From Deltaproteobacteria bacterium (GTDB lineage: Bacteria; Desulfobacterota; Desulfovibrionia; Desulfovibrionales; Desulfovibrionaceae), in the NCBI GenBank assembly GCA_031275645.1, contig JAISOL010000070.1, positions 33,165-97,164 of the forward strand: 64,000 nucleotides of DNA, read 5' to 3'. A model generated the notes under the pieces. The model made no database searches, was not told where the DNA came from, and saw only the letters and a list, made by a program, of their open reading frames with translations. Within the stretch, counting starts at the first letter, position 1. Every line of letters begins with the position of its first letter. The translations under genes and the position numbers were made by a program. This document shows positions 32,846-43,748 of the stretch, piece after piece.

Positions 32846-34567
32846 ATGTATAATTTTTGGGTACCGCGCTATCCGGAGGAAGCCCCCAGACCTCCGGCAA
32901 ATCTGCCGGATTGGGCCGGAAAATTGGATATTTCTCCCTTTCTGGCCGATCTGCTCTGGAAGAGAGGACTGCACACCCTGGAAGATATGGAGCTTTTTCT
33001 GAATCCCGGCCTGCGGCATCTTGTCCCCCCGGAGTCTGTTCCCGGCCTGGAGGAAGCGGCCGAAATCCTGGCCGGGGCCGCGCTTTCCGGAAAAAAACTC
33101 GTCGTCTGGGGGGACTACGATGTGGACGGAATTACCGCCACCGCTCTGGTGGCGGAGTTTTTCCGCTGGCATGGCTTTGAGATCCTTACGCACATCCCTG
33201 ACCGCATGCACGCCGGTTACGGGCTGAATCTGCCGGATTTGCGCGATCTTGCCGCCCGGGGGGCGGAACTTGTCCTGACCGTGGACTGCGGCATAGGGGA
33301 CTATGCGGAAATCAGGGCGGCGCGCGAAATGGGCTTGCGGATTATCGTTTCCGACCACCACCTGCCGTCTTTCCCCCTGCCCGAGGCCGAGGCCGTCTGT
33401 TCCCCCACCATAGCCGACTGTCCCTGTCCGCATTTGTCCGGGGTGGGCACGGCGTTTTTTCTCATGGCCGGGGTCGGGCGCATCCTGGAGGAAAGCGGCC
33501 GTCCCAGGATGGATATACGCCGCTTGCTCGATTTGGTGGCTTTGGGCACCTTGGCGGATGTTTCCAATCTTTCGGGGCAGAATCGCATACTCGTCAAAAA
33601 CGGACTGCTGCTTATCTCCGAAGCCCGGCGTCCGGGGCTGGCCGCTCTGAAATCCCTGTGCAAATATGCTCCCGACGAGCGCCTGGGTTCCTGGGACGTG
33701 GTCTTCAGCCTCTGCCCGCGCATCAACGCCGCCGGACGCATGGGCAAAAGCGAGGTCGCCCTGCGTCTCCTGCTTTCCGGAGATCGGGACGAAGCCGCGC
33801 GACTGGCCGCGGAACTGGACAGTCTCAACGCCCTTCGCCGCAAAGAAGAAGATTCAATCCAGGCGGAAGCTCTGGAGCAGGCCCAGACCCAGGCGGATCG
33901 CGGCCGCATGGGTCTTGTGCTCTACCGTCCGCACTGGCATATGGGCGTCATCGGCATCGTGGCCTCCCGCATGGTCGAGAAGTTCAATCTTCCGGCCATA
34001 ATACTCTGCGATCATGGGGAAAAGCTCAAAGGCTCCGGGCGCAGCCTGGAGGGCTTTGATCTGCACGCGGCTCTGGAATCCTGCTCGGAGCAGCTTCTGG
34101 GTTTCGGCGGGCACAGGATGGCCGCCGGTTTGAGCCTTTCGCCGGATAAGCTGGAGGATTTCAGCCGCGCTTTTGATGCCGCGGTCAAAAATTCCCTGGG
34201 CGACTTCTCCCGCCGCGCGCCTGTAAAGATCGACGGAGAGCTTGGACTGGCGGAGTCTACCAGCCATATTACACTGAAAGAATTGGAAATAATGCAACCT
34301 TTCGGCGAAGGCAACGCGGAACCGGTTTTTGCTTCTCCCCCGTTGCGCATCCGGAATATACGCCCTCTGCAGGGGAATTACGTGTTGGATGTCTGCGATG
34401 AGCGGAGCGGTCTGACCGTGAAGGCCAAAATCTGGCGCTCCAGAAATCCCCTGAGCCCCCGGAGCCGGGACCGCAAACTGCGCCTGGCCTATTCTCCCCG
34501 CCTGGATCGCTACAATGGCGCCTCTTCGGTGGAATTGCGCGTGCAGGACTGGTTTCTGCTGGATTAG
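32846..34567 (+). CDS. recJ: Single-stranded-DNA-specific exonuclease RecJ
   Basis: From ATG 32846. DHH motifs VVWGDYDVDGITA, TVDCGI and VSDHH, plus the DHHA1 motif GFGGHRMAAG. The track start at 32750 overlaps the J-protein gene and is rejected. Confidence 0.88.
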   Translation: MYNFWVPRYPEEAPRPPANLPDWAGKLDISPFLADLLWKRGLHTLEDMELFLNPGLRHLVPPESVPGLEEAAEILAGAALSGKKLVVWGDYDVDGITATALVAEFFRWHGFEILTHIPDRMHAGYGLNLPDLRDLAARGAELVLTVDCGIGDYAEIRAAREMGLRIIVSDHHLPSFPLPEAEAVCSPTIADCPCPHLSGVGTAFFLMAGVGRILEESGRPRMDIRRLLDLVALGTLADVSNLSGQNRILVKNGLLLISEARRPGLAALKSLCKYAPDERLGSWDVVFSLCPRINAAGRMGKSEVALRLLLSGDRDEAARLAAELDSLNALRRKEEDSIQAEALEQAQTQADRGRMGLVLYRPHWHMGVIGIVASRMVEKFNLPAIILCDHGEKLKGSGRSLEGFDLHAALESCSEQLLGFGGHRMAAGLSLSPDKLEDFSRAFDAAVKNSLGDFSRRAPVKIDGELGLAESTSHITLKELEIMQPFGEGNAEPVFASPPLRIRNIRPLQGNYVLDVCDERSGLTVKAKIWRSRNPLSPRSRDRKLRLAYSPRLDRYNGASSVELRVQDWFLLD

Positions 34568-34845
34568 AGCCTTTCAACATTCAAAATATACATTTGCCGA
34601 AATGCTCCGGCGGCCGCGCAAGCGGGCGTGGAGCTGAAAAAACATGGATGTGCAACATCAAAGTGGAAATGCTCTGAAGTTAAAATGCTTTAGGGCCTTT
34701 CACCCGCAAATTGTGCGCTCGGAGGGCGAAATTGCCGTAAAGTGTCGCCCGCTCCCAGAAAATATTTGTCTCCGCGCGAAAAATGGAATAACATAGCGGA
34801 CATTAAGCCCAAAATGTGTTAAGAGCACAGGATCAAGGAGGCATT

Positions 34846-35796
34846 ATGCGTTTTTCCGTAGGTCTGGCAAAAGAAGACGCTGTGGAGCGTCTTGAAAAGC
34901 GCGGCGTCAGCCGCCGTGAATTTCTTAAATTCTGTTCCGCCGTGGCCGTGGCCATGGGCATGGGGCCGGCCTTTGCGTCCAGGGTGGCCGCCGCTCTCAC
35001 CGGCAAGCGCCCCTCGGTGGTCTATCTGCACGGCGCGGAGTGCACCGCCTGTTCGGAATCCGTGCTGCGCGTCTACCAGCCGTTCATAGACGAGCTTATT
35101 CTGGATACCATCTCCCTGGATTACCATGAAACTTTGATGGCCGCCGCCGGTTATGCAGCCGAAGAGGCTCTGCATCAGGCGGTTTCCGCGCCGGAGGGGT
35201 ATATCTGCGTCATTGAAGGGGCCATTCCCACGGCCATGGACGGCTTATACGGCACCGTGGGCGGCAAGACCATGCTCCAGATATGCAGCGAGGTCGCCCC
35301 CAAGGCCAAGGCGGTCATTTCCTACGGCACCTGCGCCGCCTACGGCGGCATCCCGGCCGCGCAACCCAATCCCACCGGTTCCAAGGGAGTGAATGAAGTT
35401 CTGGGAGAACTGGGCGTGCAGGCCATCAATCTGCCGGGATGTCCCCCCAATCCTCTGAATTTTGTGGGGACTCTGGTCCACTGGCTGAAAAACCAGAGCG
35501 TGCCCGAGCTGGACGAGAACGGCCGCCCGAACATGTTCTACGGCACTTCCGTGCATGAGCAGTGCGAGCGCCTGCCTCACTTTGAAAACAGCGAATTCGC
35601 CCCTTCCTTTGATTCGGAGGAAGCCAGGAAAGGCTGGTGCCTGTATGAGCTGGGTTGTAAAGGGCCGAACACCTACAATAACTGTCCCAAGCTGAAATTC
35701 AACCAGACCAGTTGGCCGGTCCAGGTCGGGCACCCCTGCATAGGCTGCAGCGAGCCTAACTTCTGGGATGATTTGACTCCTTTCTACGAAGCGTAG
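34846..35796 (+). CDS. hynB: Periplasmic [NiFe] hydrogenase small subunit (Tat-exported)
   Basis: The RBS aaggagg lies 5 nt upstream of ATG 34846. Twin-arginine signal VSRREFLKF, then [18 protein letters not shown] and distal cluster cysteines. Confidence 0.92.
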   Translation: MRFSVGLAKEDAVERLEKRGVSRREFLKFCSAVAVAMGMGPAFASRVAAALTGKRPSVVYLHGAECTACSESVLRVYQPFIDELILDTISLDYHETLMAAAGYAAEEALHQAVSAPEGYICVIEGAIPTAMDGLYGTVGGKTMLQICSEVAPKAKAVISYGTCAAYGGIPAAQPNPTGSKGVNEVLGELGVQAINLPGCPPNPLNFVGTLVHWLKNQSVPELDENGRPNMFYGTSVHEQCERLPHFENSEFAPSFDSEEARKGWCLYELGCKGPNTYNNCPKLKFNQTSWPVQVGHPCIGCSEPNFWDDLTPFYEA

Positions 35797-35865
35797 GATT
35801 TTCGGGAGCGGGACAGTCGCGCCCGGCAGGGGCGCTTTCAGACTATAAAATCAGAGGAGAGAGAT

Positions 35866-37551
35866 ATGGCCGCAACAGCGACGGCTTCTGTGCCGGTGAC
35901 CCCTCAGGGCGATTATACCGGAAGAGTCATTGTGGATCCTGTAACCCGCATTGAAGGGCATTTGCGGATCAATGTGGAAGTGGAAAACGGGAAGGTAAAG
36001 GAAGCCAGATCCACCGCCACCTTGTTCCGGGGAATCGAAATAATTCTCAAGGGCCGCGACCCCAGGGACGCCCAGCATTTTACCCAGCGCACCTGCGGGG
36101 TATGTACCTATACCCATGCCCTGGCCTCCACCCGGGCCGTGGATATGGCCGTGGGCGTGAGCATACCCAAAAACGCCACCCGCATCCGCAATCTGGTGCT
36201 GGCCGCGCAGTTTCTGCATGATCATATCGTGCATTTCTACGGACTGCACGCTCTGGATTTTGTGGACATCACCTCGGCCTTGAAGGCTGATCCGGCCCAG
36301 GCCGCCAAGCTTGCCTCCAACATCTCCCCCCGCAGAACCAAGGCCGGAGACCTCAAGGCGGTGCAGGACAAACTCAAGGCCTTTGTGGGCTCCGGCCAGC
36401 TCGGCCCCTTTGCCAACGCCTATTTTCTGGGCGGGCACCCGGCCTACTACCTCTCGCCGGAGCTCAACCTGATCGCCACGGCCCACTACCTGGAAGCCCT
36501 GCGCGTACAGGCGCGCGTGGCCAGAGCTATGGCTGTCTTCGGCGGCAAGAACCCGCACCCGCAGTTCCTGCTGGTGGGAGGGGTGAGCAGTTATACGGCC
36601 CTGACCAAAGAGAGCATAGCCGAATTCCGGGGGCTTATCCGCGAAGGAGTTGATTTTGTCAACCAGGTCTATATACCGGATCTTCTGGCCATAGCCGCTG
36701 AATACAAAGACTGGACCAAGTACGGCGGTTGCTCCAACTTCATGACTTTCGGGGAATTCCCCACGGACGAGAAAAATCTGAACAGCCGCTATTTCAAGCC
36801 CGGCGTTGTCTTTCAGCGCAAGCTCAGCGACATTAAACCCTTCCTCCCGGAAGAGATCAAGGAGCACGTCCGGCACAGTTGGTTTAAAGGCGAAACCGCC
36901 CGCCAGCCCAACGCGGGCGAGACTGATCCCCAGTTCACCCAGGCGGAGGATCTGGATCGCTACTCCTGGTCCAAAGCCCCGCGCTACCAGGATGAGCCCA
37001 TGGAAACCGGCCCTCTGGCCCAGATGCTCATTTCTTACATGCAGGGGCACGCGGAAGTCAAAAAGACGGTCGATATGGTGCTGAAAAAGCTGGGCATGGG
37101 CGTGGACGATCTTTTCTCCACTCTGGGCCGGACAGCGGCCAGAGGCATACAGGCAGCGGTCATTGCCGGACAGGTGGGCAAATGGATCGACGAATTTGAA
37201 GCCGGGGCAAAGGATTCCACTCTGGTCACCCCCTGGGAAATGCCCCAGGAAGGGAGCGGCGTGGGTTTTGTGACCGCCCCGCGCGGCGGGCTCAGCCACT
37301 GGATCGAGATCCGGGGCGGAGTCATTGACAACTTCCAGCTGGTGGTTCCCTCCACCTGGAACCTAGGACCGCGTTGCGCCAACGACAAGCCCGGCCCGCT
37401 GGAAGAAGCCCTGCTCGGGCACCCCATAGCGGACCACAACCGCCCGGTGGAACTGCTGCGCACCGTGCATTCCTTTGATCCCTGCATGGCTTGCGCCGTG
37501 CATATCATTGATCCGCAGAGCAATGAGGAGAAAGTCTTCAGAGTTCTTTAG
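35866..37551 (+). CDS. hynA: Periplasmic [NiFe] hydrogenase large subunit
   Basis: N-terminal motif RIEGHLR...RTCGVCTYTH and C-terminal DPCMACAVH followed by a 15-aa cleavable extension. Cys, not Sec, at the C-terminal motif. Confidence 0.93.
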   Translation: MAATATASVPVTPQGDYTGRVIVDPVTRIEGHLRINVEVENGKVKEARSTATLFRGIEIILKGRDPRDAQHFTQRTCGVCTYTHALASTRAVDMAVGVSIPKNATRIRNLVLAAQFLHDHIVHFYGLHALDFVDITSALKADPAQAAKLASNISPRRTKAGDLKAVQDKLKAFVGSGQLGPFANAYFLGGHPAYYLSPELNLIATAHYLEALRVQARVARAMAVFGGKNPHPQFLLVGGVSSYTALTKESIAEFRGLIREGVDFVNQVYIPDLLAIAAEYKDWTKYGGCSNFMTFGEFPTDEKNLNSRYFKPGVVFQRKLSDIKPFLPEEIKEHVRHSWFKGETARQPNAGETDPQFTQAEDLDRYSWSKAPRYQDEPMETGPLAQMLISYMQGHAEVKKTVDMVLKKLGMGVDDLFSTLGRTAARGIQAAVIAGQVGKWIDEFEAGAKDSTLVTPWEMPQEGSGVGFVTAPRGGLSHWIEIRGGVIDNFQLVVPSTWNLGPRCANDKPGPLEEALLGHPIADHNRPVELLRTVHSFDPCMACAVHIIDPQSNEEKVFRVL

Positions 37552-37561
37552 CGTCAGGTAA

Positions 37562-38662
<1,101 letters not shown>

Positions 38663-38695
38663 GTCGCGGCGACGTTCAGCCGGAGGAGAATAACC

Positions 38696-39019
38696 ATGTT
38701 GATGATTCGGGCCGTCATCCGCCCGGAAAGGATGAACAGTGTGCTTTCGGAGCTGCTGAACGCCGGCTTCCCGGCCGTAACCAGGCTGGACGTCTATGGA
38801 CGCGGCAAGCAGAAGGGGCTTACCGTCGGCGAAATTCATTATGACGAGCTGCCCAAGCAAATGCTTTTGATCGTGGTCAACGACGAAGACAAGGATGACC
38901 TCATCCGCGTCATCATGCGCGCCGCCAGGACCGGCGAGGGACACCTCGGCGACGGGCGCATTTTTGTTTCCCCGGTGGAGGAGGCCTATACCGTCAGCAC
39001 CGGCAAGCCCGGATTGTAA
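38696..39019 (+). CDS. nifI1: P-II family nitrogenase regulator NifI1
   Basis: 107 aa P-II fold (MIRAVIRPERMNSVLSELLNAGFPAVT...GDGRIFV), in the position between nifH and nifD. Confidence 0.88.
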   Translation: MLMIRAVIRPERMNSVLSELLNAGFPAVTRLDVYGRGKQKGLTVGEIHYDELPKQMLLIVVNDEDKDDLIRVIMRAARTGEGHLGDGRIFVSPVEEAYTVSTGKPGL

Positions 39020-39031
39020 AAGGAATTTTTC

Positions 39032-39412
39032 ATGAAGGAAGTTCTGGCCGTGCTGCGCAGCACCAAGGTCAATCATACGAAAAACGCCCTGACTGCGGCG
39101 GGCTTTCTCGGCTTCACCTGCGTTTCCTGTCTCGGGAGGGGTAAAAAGCTGGTGGACCCCAATCTGCTCAAGCTGATCCTGGAGAGCGGCAATCTGCCAA
39201 TGACGGCCGCGGGGGAGGCCATGACCGAGGCCACGCGGCTCATCCCCAAACGCATATTTTCCATCATCGTTCCGGACGGGCGGGTAAAAGACGTCGTGGA
39301 CGTCATCATCGCCGTCAATCAGACGCAAAATCCTGGCGACGGCAAGATCTTCGTCACGCCTGTGCTGGAATCGTACAGCGTCCGCATAGGCGGAGAAGCC
39401 GACGTCGTTTAG
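39032..39412 (+). CDS. nifI2: P-II family nitrogenase regulator NifI2
   Basis: 126 aa P-II fold with an enlarged T-loop (GDGKIFVTPV). It is the second glnB-like gene between nifH and nifD. Confidence 0.88.
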   Translation: MKEVLAVLRSTKVNHTKNALTAAGFLGFTCVSCLGRGKKLVDPNLLKLILESGNLPMTAAGEAMTEATRLIPKRIFSIIVPDGRVKDVVDVIIAVNQTQNPGDGKIFVTPVLESYSVRIGGEADVV

Positions 39413-39426
39413 TAAAGGAAAGGGAC

Positions 39427-41028
39427 ATGGACGCAAAAAGCGAAGTATTAAGCAGGTACAATGCCAAGGTGTTCAAGAGCCGCAAAGATCACATCCTGCG
39501 GCTGAGCCGCTCCGAGGGCGGCTCGGCGGAAATAGCCGCCAATTCCCGCGCCGTGCCTGGCATCATGACCAACAGAGGCTGCTGCTACGCCGGTTGCAAG
39601 GGCGTTGTGGTTGGCCCGATCCGGGATGCCGTGACCATCACCCACGGCCCCATAGGCTGCGGCTTCTATAGCTGGGGCACGCGGCGCAACAAGGCCAGGG
39701 CCGGAGAAGACGGGAAAAACTTCATTCAGTATTGTTTTTCCACGGATATGCAGGAGGCGGACATCGTCTTCGGCGGCGACAAGAAACTGCGCCAGGCCAT
39801 CCGCGAAGCTGTGGAGATTTTTCATCCCAAGACCGTTTTCATCTGTTCCACCTGTCCCGTCGGCCTCATCGGCGACGATATTCACGCCGTGGCCGCCGAG
39901 GCGGAAAAGGAGTTCGGCATCACCTGCGCCGCCTTTTCCTGTGAAGGATACAAGGGCGTCAGCCAGAGCGGCGGGCACCATATCGCCAACAACGGCCTGA
40001 TGAAACGCATCATAGGCAGCAACGACACTCCTCCCGACGCGAAATTCGCCATCAACCTTCTGGGCGAGTACAACATAGGTGGCGACGGCTGGGAAGTGGA
40101 ACGCATCCTCAAGCGCATCGGCTACAAGATTGTTTCCATCTTTACCGGCAACGGCAGCATAGAAGAAATTTCACGCTCCCACCTGGCCGGGCTGAATCTT
40201 GTGCAGTGTCACCGCTCCATCAATTATGTGGCGGAAATGATGAAGAGCGCCTACGGCATGGACTGGCTCAAGGTCAACTTCATCGGCATGGACGCGATTT
40301 GCGGCTCCCTGCGCGATATGGCGGAATATTTTGACGACGGGGCCCTCAAACTGCGCACGGAGGAGGTCATTGCCGAAGAACTGGCGGCCGTCGCCGAGGA
40401 CATGGCCTTTTTCAGAAGCAGGCTGGAGGGAAAGACCGCCGCCCTTTTCGTGGGCGGCAGCCGCTCGCACCATTACCAGTCCCTGCTGCGGGATCTCGGC
40501 GTGAGGACGGTGCTTGCCGGCTATGAATTCGCCCACCGCGACGACTACGAAGGCCGGGAGGTCATTCCGGACATCAAGGAGGACGCCGACAATAAAAATA
40601 TAGAGCAACTGGAGGTGGAAAGAGATCCCAAGCGCTACCGGGTCTTCCTGAGCCCTGAACGCTATGCTGAACTGAAGGGGCGCATGGAACTCGAGAGCTA
40701 CGCGGGCATGATCCGCGATATGCCTGACGGGTCATATGTGGTTGACGATCTTAACCATTTTGAAACGGAAGCCTTTACCGCCCTGCTCAGGCCGGACATC
40801 TTCTTCTCCGGCATAAAAGACAAATATGTGCTGCAGAAGGGAGGCACACTGTCGCGTCAGCTCCACAGTTACGACTACAGTGGGCCCTATGCCGGTTTCC
40901 GCGGGGCGGTGCTTTTCGGCCGCGATCTGGTCATGGGTCTGCAGGCCCCGGCCTGGCGCCTGGTCACCCCTCCTTGGAAACGGCAGCCTGCGGAAACAGC
41001 GGCGCAAGGAGACGCTACCCATGCTTGA
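39427..41028 (+). CDS. nifD: Mo-nitrogenase MoFe protein alpha chain (long, insertion-containing type)
   Basis: 533 aa. It has HGPIGCGFYSWGTRRN, the FeMo-co Cys in LVQCHRSINY and the His in QLHSYDYSGPYAGF. Confidence 0.95.
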   Translation: MDAKSEVLSRYNAKVFKSRKDHILRLSRSEGGSAEIAANSRAVPGIMTNRGCCYAGCKGVVVGPIRDAVTITHGPIGCGFYSWGTRRNKARAGEDGKNFIQYCFSTDMQEADIVFGGDKKLRQAIREAVEIFHPKTVFICSTCPVGLIGDDIHAVAAEAEKEFGITCAAFSCEGYKGVSQSGGHHIANNGLMKRIIGSNDTPPDAKFAINLLGEYNIGGDGWEVERILKRIGYKIVSIFTGNGSIEEISRSHLAGLNLVQCHRSINYVAEMMKSAYGMDWLKVNFIGMDAICGSLRDMAEYFDDGALKLRTEEVIAEELAAVAEDMAFFRSRLEGKTAALFVGGSRSHHYQSLLRDLGVRTVLAGYEFAHRDDYEGREVIPDIKEDADNKNIEQLEVERDPKRYRVFLSPERYAELKGRMELESYAGMIRDMPDGSYVVDDLNHFETEAFTALLRPDIFFSGIKDKYVLQKGGTLSRQLHSYDYSGPYAGFRGAVLFGRDLVMGLQAPAWRLVTPPWKRQPAETAAQGDATHA

Positions 41029-42385
41029 TCTCACCCCCAAAAGCGTCAGCGAACGCAGCGCTTTGCGTATCAATCCCTGCAAGACGTGCCAGCCGGTGGG
41101 GGCGCTTTACGCGGCCCTCGGCGTGCACAGGTGCATGCCCCACAGCCACGGGAGCCAGGGCTGCGTTTCCTATCACCGCACTTTCCTGACCCGCCACTTC
41201 AAGGAGCCGGCCATAGCGGCCTCCAGTTCCTTTACGGAAGGAGCCTCGGTCTTCGGCGGCGGTCCCAATCTGCGCGCGGCGATCAAAAATATTTTCGACA
41301 TCTATAATCCGGATGTCATTGCCGTGCACACAACCTGTCTTTCGGAAACCATAGGCGACGACCTGAATTCCTATATTCTGGACATGTCCATACCGGACGA
41401 CAAAGTCGTGGTGTACACGAACACGCCGAGTTATGTCGGCTCGCACGTGACCGGTTACGCCAATATGCTTTCCGGGTTCATCCGTTGCCTTGCGGACTCG
41501 CGCGCGGCAAAGAACGGCGGCACGGCTGTTTTTCCAGGCTTTGTAAACCCCGGAGACATCAGGGAGATCAAACGCATGCTCGCCCTGTCGGGCCTGTCCG
41601 CGATCGTGTTCCCCGATCAGAGCGACGTCATGGATGCGCCCATGACCAATACCTATGTCATGTATCCCAGAGGCGGCACGCGCCTCGACGACATCCGCGC
41701 CCTAGGCGGATGCGGGCGGGTGCTGGCCCTGGGCGGTTTCGCCTGCGCGGAGCCGGCGGATGTGCTGGACAAAAAATGCAAGGTTCCCTACCTCGTGCTG
41801 CCTCTGCCCATAGGCGTCGCCGCCACGGATTCATTTGTCGCGGCCGCGGCTGAAGTCGCCGGCCGGCCGGTGCCTGTGGAGCTTGAAGAAGAACGCGGCC
41901 GCCTTCTGGACCTGATGCTGGATGCCAACCCTTATTTTTACAACAAAAAAGTCGCCGTATACGGCGATCCGGATACGGTGATCGGGCTCAGCTCCTTTAT
42001 TCTGGAACTCGGCATGCGGCCCGGCTATGTCATTACGGGAACTCCCGGAGAAGAGTTTGTCCGTCGGGTCGAGGCCCTGCTGCGCGATTACGACGTGGAA
42101 AACTGCACGGTCAAGGCCGCGGCGGATCTCTTTGAACTGCACCAATGGATTAAAAACGAGCCGGTGGATCTGCTGCTGGGCACGTCTTACGGCAAGCAGA
42201 TCGCCAAGGCCGAAGATATTCCTCTGGTGCGGGCGGGCTTTCCGGTTCTGGACCGCTACGGGCACAGTTATCTGCCCATAGTCGGCTACCAGGGGGCTAT
42301 ACGGCTGGCGAAAATGATCGCCGACGCTCTGATGGACAGACAGGATCGCGATTGCGCGGATGAAGATCTGGATGTGGTGATGTAA
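41021..42385 (+). CDS. nifK: Mo-nitrogenase MoFe protein beta chain (short type)
   Basis: 454 aa from ATG 41021, overlapping nifD by 8 nt. It has CQPVGALYAALGVHRCMPHSHGSQGCVSY. The track start at 40826 lies inside nifD and is rejected. Confidence 0.94.
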   Translation: MLDLTPKSVSERSALRINPCKTCQPVGALYAALGVHRCMPHSHGSQGCVSYHRTFLTRHFKEPAIAASSSFTEGASVFGGGPNLRAAIKNIFDIYNPDVIAVHTTCLSETIGDDLNSYILDMSIPDDKVVVYTNTPSYVGSHVTGYANMLSGFIRCLADSRAAKNGGTAVFPGFVNPGDIREIKRMLALSGLSAIVFPDQSDVMDAPMTNTYVMYPRGGTRLDDIRALGGCGRVLALGGFACAEPADVLDKKCKVPYLVLPLPIGVAATDSFVAAAAEVAGRPVPVELEEERGRLLDLMLDANPYFYNKKVAVYGDPDTVIGLSSFILELGMRPGYVITGTPGEEFVRRVEALLRDYDVENCTVKAAADLFELHQWIKNEPVDLLLGTSYGKQIAKAEDIPLVRAGFPVLDRYGHSYLPIVGYQGAIRLAKMIADALMDRQDRDCADEDLDVVM

Positions 42386-42409
42386 GCGGCGCTCTGCGCA
42401 AGGGTATCC

Positions 42410-43744
42410 ATGTACGCTCAAGTTCTGGAAGAACGGAAAAAATCCATACGGCGGGCGGCCGATGCGGAGACCTCGCCGATACGCTGCGGGGCGCGCAGCG
42501 TATCCGGCGCCGTGAGCCAGCGGGCTTGCGTTTATTGCGGTGCCCGCGTCGTGCTGAACCCCATAACCGACGCCTTCCATATCGTGCACGGCCCTATAGG
42601 CTGCGCCGCCTATACCTGGGACATCAGGGGCAGCCTGAGCAGCGGCTCGGAGTTGTACCGCAACAGCTTTTCCACCGATTTGCGGGAAAAGGATGTGGTC
42701 TTCGGCGGCGCGGAAAAACTGGCCGCCGCCGTGGACGAGGTCATGAGAGTCCATGCTCCCGCGCTCATTTTTGTTTACTGCACCTGCATAGTCGGGGTGA
42801 TCGGCGACGACGTCGAGGCCGTGTGCCGCGGCGCCGAACGCAAATACGGCAACAGGGTCGTCGCGGTGAAGGCGCCGGGATTTTCGGGCGGCAAGGCTGA
42901 CGGCTACCGCCTGGCCGGCGAGGCTCTGCTGCAGTTCCTTCTGCCGCACAAAGGGCGGAAGAAGCGCGGGGGCATAAACATTCTGGGCGACTACAATCTG
43001 GCCGGAGAGACCTGGATCATCAAACGCTACCTGGAAGAGGTTGGCCTGCCTGTGGTCTCGACCTTCACGGGCGATGCCTCCTGCGAGAGTCTGGCCCATG
43101 CTCCGTCCGCGCGCCTGAACATTGTGCAGTGCGCGGGTTCCATGGTTCATCTCGCGCAACGCATGGAAAGGGAATTCGGCATTCCCTGGATAAAGGCGAG
43201 TTTTTTCGGCGTGGAAGACACCGGAACCTCCATCCGGCAGGCGGCGGATCTGCTGGGGTCGGCGGAAACGCGCCGGCGGGCCGCAGATCTCACCCGGCGG
43301 GAGTCCGAACGGACCAGGCGCCTGCTTGAACCGTACAAGGCGCGTCTTGCCGGAAAGAAAGCGGCCATTTTCGTCGGCGGAGGCTTCAAGGCCGTCTCGC
43401 TTGTGCGCCAGTTCAGGGAATTGGGCATGGAGACCGTGCTGGTCGGCACGCAGACTGGCAGGCCGGATGAATACGAGGTGCTCGGCAAGCTGGTCGGCCC
43501 GGACACGGTCATCCTGGACGACGCCAATCCGGCGGAACTGGAACGTTTTCTGCGCGAGAGAGGCGCTGATATCCTGACGGGCGGGGTCAAGGAGCGCCCC
43601 CTGGCCTATAAGCTCGGCATAGCCTTCTGCGACCACAACCACGAGCGCAGACACGCTCTGGCCGGCTATGAGGGAGCGCTGAATTTCGCCGAAGAAGTGA
43701 ACCGCTCCATCAACAGCCCTGTCTGGCGCTACATACGGGGATAG
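42410..43744 (+). CDS. nifE: FeMo-cofactor biosynthesis scaffold NifE
   Basis: 444 aa. It shows NifD-like HGPIGCAAYTWDIRGS and IFVYCTCIVGVIGDD. Confidence 0.9.
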   Translation: MYAQVLEERKKSIRRAADAETSPIRCGARSVSGAVSQRACVYCGARVVLNPITDAFHIVHGPIGCAAYTWDIRGSLSSGSELYRNSFSTDLREKDVVFGGAEKLAAAVDEVMRVHAPALIFVYCTCIVGVIGDDVEAVCRGAERKYGNRVVAVKAPGFSGGKADGYRLAGEALLQFLLPHKGRKKRGGINILGDYNLAGETWIIKRYLEEVGLPVVSTFTGDASCESLAHAPSARLNIVQCAGSMVHLAQRMEREFGIPWIKASFFGVEDTGTSIRQAADLLGSAETRRRAADLTRRESERTRRLLEPYKARLAGKKAAIFVGGGFKAVSLVRQFRELGMETVLVGTQTGRPDEYEVLGKLVGPDTVILDDANPAELERFLRERGADILTGGVKERPLAYKLGIAFCDHNHERRHALAGYEGALNFAEEVNRSINSPVWRYIRG

Positions 43745-43748
43745 CCGG

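Noticed and set aside
37480-37551. Possible [NiFeSe] hydrogenase or selenocysteine recoding in the large subunit
   Set aside because: The C-terminal motif reads DPCMACAVH with ordinary Cys codons and no in-frame TGA. This is a standard [NiFe] enzyme.
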